28,432 nucleotides of DNA from a virus (Duplodnaviria > Caudoviricetes), in IMG/VR virus record IMGVR_UViG_3300005529_000083, positions 1-28,432 of that record. One strand, given 5' to 3'. Each line of letters begins with the position of its first letter. The first letter of the stretch is position 1. The notes beneath the pieces were generated by a model that saw nothing but the letters and a program-made list of their open reading frames with translations, was not told the origin of the DNA and did no database searches. The position numbers and the translations under genes are program-made. Below, one piece after another: positions 15,904-22,840 of the stretch.

Positions 15904-18882
15904 TTAGTTCTTCCCGGTCAACTGAGCGAACATCCGCTTGAAGGAGGCAAATTCCTCGATGACTTCTTTCGCTACCGGCTTAACTTGGGGAGCTTTGCTG
16001 CTGTTGTACGGTGGGCGCTTATCGTTAACCCCTTGAGGAGTTCCACTCCCAACAACCTGTTGCCGACTGCGGCTATCACGTTGGGGTTTTCCTGCCTCCG
16101 ACAGTGTTTCCCCTTCCCCGGAGTTTGATTGCACCTTACCGGATTGGGAAAGAGCCCGACCACCGCCCCCGTTGCGTTGTACCTTGCCGGCATTGGTCAG
16201 TTGTTTTTGAACGGAGCCAAGCCGGGTTGAGTGTTGTTTGGCAACGTTGCGGTATGTCTTGGGAATTACGGTATCGGTAGACAAATCCGCGAGGAATTCC
16301 CCGGCCGCTCCCACGTCATCGACAAGAGACTTGTTGTAGGGAGCCGGCTTCTTGCCTTCATCAAGCTCCTGACTGTGACCGGAACCCTCGATATAAGCCC
16401 CGTCCCCTTCCTTCGGCTTCTTGTTCCCCGGCTTTAGCTCTGCCGGATTGCCCATATCGGTAAGGTCTTTGATGAGATACTTCTTACCATCTTTGGCGAT
16501 ACGGAGCTTGAGGAACTTGACGAAGTATTTCTTGATGAGATGCTTTCGCGTCATCCATTTCCCGTTTTTGGGATGGCGGTAGCGCTCTAGAATCTCTTCG
16601 GTGTCCGCGTCACTTTCGGGTATGCCGCTATCGCCCATATCTGGCCCCTTATCGTAGGGTTCTTGTCCCGGTTGGTCCTGTGGTTCTTCAGCGAAACCTT
16701 GTTCTTGAATCCCCGGTGTGGGGAACATCCCTTGCGCTTCCTCGTCTGGTGTCTGTTGTCCCGCGAAGGGGTCTTCGGGAACGTCGTTCGGCATGGCATC
16801 GGGAGCTTGTTGCGTTCCCATCTGGGGAGGAATGGCCCCACCTTCATTCATCGGAGGGACATCCCCCGCTGTCACCATCCCCGATTCGCCTTGAAGGTTC
16901 GGATCGTTCCCCGTGGTATTGTCCACTTCGAGAGCCTTCATCAGGCTATCCATATCGTGGTCGGGATGATGCTCCGCGAGACCAGCCGCGACATGCTCCA
17001 TTGCTTTCGAGAGGAACTCCTTATGCCCCTCCATATGCTGCCGCATGCCAGGGTTATCCATGTCCCGCAAGCCGTTTTCGATATAATCCATCGCTGCTTT
17101 GTAATGACCATAGAGCGCTGCGGCGAACTTGGCCGAAGGTTTCGGGTTGAAAGGCTCGCTCGCCGATGCCTTATCCACGGCCGGGTTTGCCGGGTCCGGC
17201 TCGAAGGGCTCATCTACCCCGTCCTTCGCTTCAATGGGCGGGTTGTCATCTTCGGGTAGGTCGGGAGTAGCCGGCTCTTCGGGAGTCTCCGCCGTTTCTT
17301 CCGGCGTATCCTCTTCTTCGGTTGCCCCGTCCGGCTTCTCTTCGTTTTCTTCGGCCATCGGAGGTTTCCCCTTCGATTTGATGGATTTTTGGATGAGTCC
17401 TACGCCGTCGCAGTTTGGACAGGAACCGGAACCGTGGCAGGTTGAACAGTCTTCGCCGTCGATTTCGCCCCCGCCTCCGCAAGCGTCACAATTGCCCGTA
17501 GAATTGCACGATTGGCAAGCTTGGTAGCCGTCCGCTTCAGTGTCCGAAAGTCGTCCCCCACCCTTCCCATTCGCTTCTACGGCCCCACTATCGACCAGAT
17601 AACCGCCTGCCTGCCCGGAGTCGGAGTTCATACCTTTTCGACTGGAGATACCCACGGGAGCTACCTGCTGTGTACGTCCGGTATTGATAAAGAACAGAAC
17701 TACTGTTCCGTCACTTTTAACTTCTTGGATAGCAGCGGGTTGACCGTTGTAAGTTACTTTGTCGCCAACTTGCCACTTACCTTTCGGCCGGACGCCAGGG
17801 GGCGGATTAATCGAGGGACGCTTACCGCCCGGCTCCATATCCGCTTGTGTGTTTTTTTTCTTGCCGTTGCAATCGCACATTTTCGCCCCCTTCGGACGGT
17901 TAACCATCGTAGCTCGCATATTAGCCCCGCGACGGTTCGTTATCTTCTCAGCAAGAAAGCTGGCCATACCTGATTGAGAAGAAGACGGCGGACGATAACC
18001 CATCTGGGATAGCGCCGCTTTCAAGTCCTCCTTGGAGGCGGAGCGTACTGTTGCCAGAGCAGAGGTAAGAGCAGAATCCGACATACCGGCAGAGGATTCA
18101 TAGAGAGAAACCAAGCTACTAGCTGACTTTTCCGGCAAAGGACACCAGCCGCCCCAACAACCTTTTGCGTTAGCAGCATAGGCCGAAAGACCCTTTTGCA
18201 GACGTGGCGAGATGAAGGATTTTTCAGAGTCGAGAGCATCGCGGATAGCTCCTGCATTACTCGGGATGCCAACGATACTCCACTCGGTTAGGTCATACGA
18301 CTTGAAGAACCATCCCATCGGCATTCCGTGGGGACGGTCGTTATGGGGTCGAGCCTTCTCTACTTCATCGCGGCGGTAAGCTTCGATGGGTACAAAAGCG
18401 ATGGAGGCAGCGCTAAGGATACCCCGTTTGACCTTGCCATAGACAAACATCGCATCTTCGTCTTCAGTATCGGCGTACCACTTGGCCAAGATGCGGTCTT
18501 CCATCGGCCAAATCGTTACTTCCCCTGCCTGTGAACGACTAACGCCGATGGGAATTTCCCACTGTTGATGTCCGAAGAAAACAACCGGATTGCGGGAATA
18601 GTTTGTTAATACACAACCAGGCGGATAGACAATATCCCCGTCGCGGTCTTCCGAGTAGAGCGAGATTGTGAAAGGGATAGACTTCTCGCTATCATCCGCT
18701 TCCCCGGTCTCCGCCGCACCACTGCGGCCCATACCGAGTGTATTGTCTTTGTACTGGTAGGCGTAATTTTCGCGGAGCGTTGCCCCCATCGCAGCGGGTA
18801 AGCTCCCCGACTTCAAACTTTTGAAGACGGCTTGTTGCCGTTTGGCAATCGCTTCAACTGCCGGATGGAGGCTCACGGGCAT
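15904..18882 (-). CDS. HK97-type prohead maturation protease with very long modular C-terminal extension
   Basis: DRDGDIV, NPVVFFGHQ, PIG, ASIAF, EWSIVGIPSN in aa ~70-210; then SH3-like, CxxCxGxG and acidic segments; AGGAG RBS. Confidence 0.9.
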   Translation of the reverse strand: MPVSLHPAVEAIAKRQQAVFKSLKSGSLPAAMGATLRENYAYQYKDNTLGMGRSGAAETGEADDSEKSIPFTISLYSEDRDGDIVYPPGCVLTNYSRNPVVFFGHQQWEIPIGVSRSQAGEVTIWPMEDRILAKWYADTEDEDAMFVYGKVKRGILSAASIAFVPIEAYRRDEVEKARPHNDRPHGMPMGWFFKSYDLTEWSIVGIPSNAGAIRDALDSEKSFISPRLQKGLSAYAANAKGCWGGWCPLPEKSASSLVSLYESSAGMSDSALTSALATVRSASKEDLKAALSQMGYRPPSSSQSGMASFLAEKITNRRGANMRATMVNRPKGAKMCDCNGKKKNTQADMEPGGKRPSINPPPGVRPKGKWQVGDKVTYNGQPAAIQEVKSDGTVVLFFINTGRTQQVAPVGISSRKGMNSDSGQAGGYLVDSGAVEANGKGGGRLSDTEADGYQACQSCNSTGNCDACGGGGEIDGEDCSTCHGSGSCPNCDGVGLIQKSIKSKGKPPMAEENEEKPDGATEEEDTPEETAETPEEPATPDLPEDDNPPIEAKDGVDEPFEPDPANPAVDKASASEPFNPKPSAKFAAALYGHYKAAMDYIENGLRDMDNPGMRQHMEGHKEFLSKAMEHVAAGLAEHHPDHDMDSLMKALEVDNTTGNDPNLQGESGMVTAGDVPPMNEGGAIPPQMGTQQAPDAMPNDVPEDPFAGQQTPDEEAQGMFPTPGIQEQGFAEEPQDQPGQEPYDKGPDMGDSGIPESDADTEEILERYRHPKNGKWMTRKHLIKKYFVKFLKLRIAKDGKKYLIKDLTDMGNPAELKPGNKKPKEGDGAYIEGSGHSQELDEGKKPAPYNKSLVDDVGAAGEFLADLSTDTVIPKTYRNVAKQHSTRLGSVQKQLTNAGKVQRNGGGGRALSQSGKVQSNSGEGETLSEAGKPQRDSRSRQQVVGSGTPQGVNDKRPPYNSSKAPQVKPVAKEVIEEFASFKRMFAQLTGKN
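16020..16210 (-). repeat. four degenerate 16-aa tandem repeats at the protease C-terminus
   Basis: KQLTNAGKVQRNGGGG / RALSQSGKVQSNSGEG / ETLSEAGKPQRDSRSR / QQVVGSGTPQGVNDKR. Confidence 0.65.
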
Positions 18883-18900
18883 TCTCCTGAGAGGAATAGC

Positions 18901-19356
18901 TTAGGGTTGCTCGGTTGCCGTGCCTGGCGTAACAACGATGGTTGTTGCTCCACCGCCTACAATCGTAATGTCGAGCGTGCCTGAAGCGAGGGTATTTTGG
19001 TTTCCGTCCACTACCTTGACGGAAACCGTCGCAGTTCCGAGCGGTCCCACTGCTGCGGCTACAGCGCTCATCCCGTCTGCGGCGGGGGTCAACGCAATGA
19101 GGGAAACTTGGTCTACTGCCCATACAACGGAACCCGTGGGGAGCGTTGCCTTATTCCCCTTCTTATCCGTTGCCGCAATGGTCAGTGTGGTTTGCTGACT
19201 GTCGGTCATCTGAAAAGCTGCCATGAGTCGCCCATCCTTTTTCCCGAAGTATTGAGGAGTCGGAGAAACTTTCTCTTTTTGCTCCGTGAAAAGTCCTAAA
19301 CACGGAACCAGACGGAGCCGTCTACGATGGCGAAAGCAACAGATATTTACTTGCAT
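18901..19356 (-). CDS. Ig-like domain protein (start possibly 19224, MAAFQMTD)
   Basis: TLTIAATDKKGN, VVWAVD, A.A.GPLGTATVSV pattern typical of phage Ig-like domains. Confidence 0.7.
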   Translation of the reverse strand: MQVNICCFRHRRRLRLVPCLGLFTEQKEKVSPTPQYFGKKDGRLMAAFQMTDSQQTTLTIAATDKKGNKATLPTGSVVWAVDQVSLIALTPAADGMSAVAAAVGPLGTATVSVKVVDGNQNTLASGTLDITIVGGGATTIVVTPGTATEQP

Positions 19357-19382
19357 GGAACAAGCCCTCTGTTGTGCCTAGC

Positions 19383-19610
19383 CTAGGTTGCAATCGGCTT
19401 GGTGGTCAAGTAAAGTCTCGCTCCACAGACGGGACATTCGGTATAGAGAAGATCGTTCCAGGTTCCCGGTTCTTTTCCTACGGGTCTATCGGCAGCAGGG
19501 GAGGTTGCCATGTAGCGCTTCACTTCGAGAACCCGTTTACAGGTGCCGCACAGGCCGTAGAGGATTTCTTCGGGGTCGCTAATCGGTGTTGATGGTCCCC
19601 GTCTAAGCAT
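19383..19610 (-). CDS. small zinc-ribbon protein
   Basis: CGTC...CPVC. Confidence 0.6.
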   Translation of the reverse strand: MLRRGPSTPISDPEEILYGLCGTCKRVLEVKRYMATSPAADRPVGKEPGTWNDLLYTECPVCGARLYLTTKPIAT

Positions 19611-19825
19611 ATGGCTATCTGCCTTTCATTCTCAGCAATTTCGGCGAGCATCTCCGCCTGAAGGAGAGCAAGTTTCGTGAGGCACTCTTGGAGACGAAGG
19701 ATATTGGCACGCATGCGCTCAATCGAATCCCGCCGCTTCCAGTAGTTGGTAGCGGACTTCTTCCCATTAGCACTTTGCTTTGCGGAAGTTTCTTTCTTCG
19801 GAGGTTTGAAGAAGCCTTTAGGCAT
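19520..19825 (-). CDS. basic/coiled-coil hypothetical protein
   Basis: ATG immediately after the upstream stop. Confidence 0.55.
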   Translation of the reverse strand: MPKGFFKPPKKETSAKQSANGKKSATNYWKRRDSIERMRANILRLQECLTKLALLQAEMLAEIAENERQIAICLDGDHQHRLATPKKSSTACAAPVNGFSK

Positions 19826-20026
19826 TTACTTACTCGATTTGTGCCCAAGAGGGAGTATAGGCTCAGTTCCTTGGTATGGTCCCCACCAAAGATAAGAACA
19901 TTTGCAACATTTATAAATGAGTCCCGGTTTATATGGTTGGATTTCTAAGTAAGCATGAGGGGAAACATCTATACCCCCATCGTGTTTACATTCAACTTCT
20001 ACTTCATCGACTAAACCTTTAGGCAC
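19826..20026 (-). CDS. small Cys/His protein
   Basis: GTG overlapping the MuF stop (TAGTG), GGAGG RBS; C.H...CCKC; AT-richer than flanks. Confidence 0.55.
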   Translation of the reverse strand: MPKGLVDEVEVECKHDGGIDVSPHAYLEIQPYKPGLIYKCCKCSYLWWGPYQGTEPILPLGHKSSK

Positions 20027-20745
20027 TATAAAACCTCCGTCATATCACAAAAACAGTGAGGATGAAGAGGAGGATACTGGATCACCGCGTAAGGGCCTGT
20101 ACCTTTTATCTTAAAGGGCTCGTCTAAGTCCCGTTGTTGGCCGTTCATCGCCAAGCAGCGGTCGCAGGCGTCAGAAGAAGCAAGCCACTCTTTTTTCTTC
20201 ACGATGTCTGCTTGTTCTTTCATCGAGTAGAGTTGCCCCCCGTGCATAAAGCGGCTCGTCTCTGTTGTGGCTATGCGGTGCGCTCGGAAGGGGTCCGCGA
20301 AGATGGTTTGAACCTGGCGGGTCATCAGCTGAAGGCAGTCACCGCGAGGTAATCCCTCGTGGAAGAGTTGTCGAATTTTCTTCATCGACTTTTCAAGGTC
20401 ATCCGTTGCGGTAGCGTTGGTCTCCTTACAAAACTGCATCGTCAACGTATTAACTGCATCGAGTACCCGTGGATTGAAGAGAAAGCCAGACATACGAAAG
20501 AGGCGAGAGGGATTTGGACCCCTCCGCCTCTTCTTTTGCCACAGCCGCGTTACCTGATGGATAATCCCCCGTTGCCAGAGGGCAAGCAGAGGACCACTCG
20601 ACATATCGGCGAGAATCTTAATCCACTTGTCAAGCGGTGGGAGGTTCCCCGCCATCGCCTCATCAAAGTTGATGCGACTAAGAACATCCCGTGTTTGTGC
20701 CTGAAAAACCCACTGAAGGACTTTATTCAGGTCAGAGGGATTCAT
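20026..20745 (-). CDS. MuF / SPP1 gp7-like minor head morphogenesis protein
   Basis: RAHRIATTETSR, KKEWLA..DAC.RC..MNG, PPLHPHCFC. Confidence 0.9.
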   Translation of the reverse strand: MNPSDLNKVLQWVFQAQTRDVLSRINFDEAMAGNLPPLDKWIKILADMSSGPLLALWQRGIIHQVTRLWQKKRRRGPNPSRLFRMSGFLFNPRVLDAVNTLTMQFCKETNATATDDLEKSMKKIRQLFHEGLPRGDCLQLMTRQVQTIFADPFRAHRIATTETSRFMHGGQLYSMKEQADIVKKKEWLASSDACDRCLAMNGQQRDLDEPFKIKGTGPYAVIQYPPLHPHCFCDMTEVL

Positions 20746-20905
20746 TCACACCTTTCACAACAACAGGAGAGCGCTCGCGGGTCCGTTGGGCAAGTTGCTG
20801 ATGATAGCACTTGGTACAATACCACAGCAGCTTGCCCCCGGTAAAGAGGGCAAAGCTGCTACCAATCCGCCCACAGGTCGAACACTTCTTGTGGATGGTT
20901 GCCAT
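20732..20905 (-). CDS. small zinc-finger protein (57 aa, MATIHKKCSTCG...WYCTKCY...)
   Basis: Hand-translated; TAATG overlap with upstream gene; two CxxC pairs. Confidence 0.6.
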   Translation of the reverse strand: MATIHKKCSTCGRIGSSFALFTGGKLLWYCTKCYHQQLAQRTRERSPVVVKGVNESL

Positions 20906-21354
20906 TAGAGGAACTCGTATCCTTGCCTCTTGGGTTGTACTTCCTGATGTGCCGCTTCAGGTTCCCAATGGGCCGTAGAACCTTGCCAGTGTGCTACCTT
21001 ATCTCCAAAGTAGGGAACTTCGGGCTCCTTCCGACACTTACCGTGGTAGCCGTTGTGCTCGATTACCTCGAAGACCGTTTGCGTCATCTGTAAACCAAGG
21101 TTTGGTATCTCTGCGGTTGGTTCGACAATCGGCCAAGAGGGATGGTAGAGACGGATATGAACCGCCATCCGCATCGGGTCAATAGCCATAGCTTGAATCT
21201 TGGTCCCTTCCGGCAAACCGTCGATTTTCAAGGAGTAGATTTTCCCATCTTTAACCCGATTGTTAAAAATGAACTCCCACATCAGATGGTAGGCAATCGT
21301 TACAGTCTTGTAGCGCTCTTCGACCGGCTTGAAGAAGGTGTGAATGTCGGACAT
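20905..21354 (-). CDS. hypothetical protein
   Basis: 149 aa; AAGGAG RBS. Confidence 0.7.
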   Translation of the reverse strand: MSDIHTFFKPVEERYKTVTIAYHLMWEFIFNNRVKDGKIYSLKIDGLPEGTKIQAMAIDPMRMAVHIRLYHPSWPIVEPTAEIPNLGLQMTQTVFEVIEHNGYHGKCRKEPEVPYFGDKVAHWQGSTAHWEPEAAHQEVQPKRQGYEFL

Positions 21355-21364
21355 GGTTGGCTCC

Positions 21365-22840
21365 TTAGTAGGTAATTTTCATATCGCCTGCGTCGTAAAC
21401 AACCGTAAAAGTGCTGTAATCTCCCGAGTAGGTATCACCACCATAGAATTGACCGGAGAGACTATAGCTCCCGTTAGTCACTGTAAAGAGAAGCTCACTA
21501 CTTCCGGTTGGTTTCCCGCCACTCGTTGTCAGGTCGAAAGAGCCGTTAAGCGAGATGTTATGGTCACAAGTCACTGTCCCCCAGTAGCTAGTACCGCTCA
21601 CTGTTTTCTGATTCAGGAAGATTAGGCTATTACTGGTGAATGCCAGGTCTCCGCCTGTAATGTTCAGAGTAACGTTGTGATTAACTGTAAAGTGATTTGT
21701 CAAAGAGGCTGTACCGGCAAATTCGACTTCATAGCTAGAGGTAGTTACTTCAATTGTATCGGTGGAATCTGCCGTCTGGCTGATATTATCGTATTGGCAC
21801 GTCCCACCGAAGAAAGTTACATTCCCCGATGCCTTGAGCTTACTATTCCCGTCCAGATAAAGATACTGTCCCCCTGAACCATACTGGTAATAGGCATAGG
21901 AAGAGGCTCCTAAACCAAAAGTCGAGGTACTTGTGATGTTGAATTGTATTCCGGCATTGATTTCCAATGACTTCTCATTCAGAAAAGCCATCGTACTGTG
22001 GACTAAATCCCCGGAAGCGGTTCCTCCTACTGTCACTGTTCCCTGATTATCAAAGTAAGCTCCGATAGAGTTACCGAGAATACCACCGATGAGACCATCG
22101 TTGCTTGTTGTATTGAAGGACCATGTTCCACCGCTCGCAACGGTGTAGACGGGAGCGTTCTGACCTGTCATTGCTGCAATTTCCAAACTCTCGCTTGTTG
22201 TAAATCCGCCGTAGTTCTCCGTGAAAGTTCCCGCATAGTTCGTTTCTGTGTTGGGACTTGAACCCACATTAACATTAGCGGCGAGGAATTGGTCTGAATT
22301 ATTCAGAATTGCCGCAAAGGTTGAGCCACCCGTAATGTAGACGTTCCCAGTCGCATAGCCGGTTAGTCCTGTGTAGAAACCGATGTTTCCTTCACTCCAG
22401 ACGAGAGAACCCGATTCTAGAACAAAGTTTGAGCTAGAGCCATCGAAAAGGATATTGCCGGAACTCCACGCGGAACCACCCGTAGAAGCATGGACATCTA
22501 ACTCATTGTCAATGTCTAGGTCTTGCCCATAGTTACTCGTATTGATGTTTCCAACAGAAACCGCAGTACCCGGAGTTACACAGTAGGTAGAAGAATTGTT
22601 ATCAAAAACAACGTCGATAGTAGACGAGTTGGGCGAAGCTCCGGGATGGGTCGCTCCCCCAGAAGTTGTTGCCCAATTATTTTTATCTGACCAAAGATGC
22701 TCCGAGCCCGTGTCTCCACCAACCCAATAGAGCGTTGTGTTTGGCGTTAACCGCGTTTCGAGAGCTTCGAGACCGAGCCGAGTTCTGTTCTTCCGCATCA
22801 CAGCACCTTCCCTAACTTGGATTTGAGACCACAAGGACAT
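21365..22840 (-). CDS. planctomycete-type exported beta-helix/adhesin-like protein (start 22840 or 22798)
   Basis: RLGLEALETRLTP N-terminal motif; YWVGG...WSD..NW...P...DVVFD; S/T/G/N-rich beta repeats; AT-richer than flanks. Confidence 0.8.
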   Translation of the reverse strand: MSLWSQIQVREGAVMRKNRTRLGLEALETRLTPNTTLYWVGGDTGSEHLWSDKNNWATTSGGATHPGASPNSSTIDVVFDNNSSTYCVTPGTAVSVGNINTSNYGQDLDIDNELDVHASTGGSAWSSGNILFDGSSSNFVLESGSLVWSEGNIGFYTGLTGYATGNVYITGGSTFAAILNNSDQFLAANVNVGSSPNTETNYAGTFTENYGGFTTSESLEIAAMTGQNAPVYTVASGGTWSFNTTSNDGLIGGILGNSIGAYFDNQGTVTVGGTASGDLVHSTMAFLNEKSLEINAGIQFNITSTSTFGLGASSYAYYQYGSGGQYLYLDGNSKLKASGNVTFFGGTCQYDNISQTADSTDTIEVTTSSYEVEFAGTASLTNHFTVNHNVTLNITGGDLAFTSNSLIFLNQKTVSGTSYWGTVTCDHNISLNGSFDLTTSGGKPTGSSELLFTVTNGSYSLSGQFYGGDTYSGDYSTFTVVYDAGDMKITY

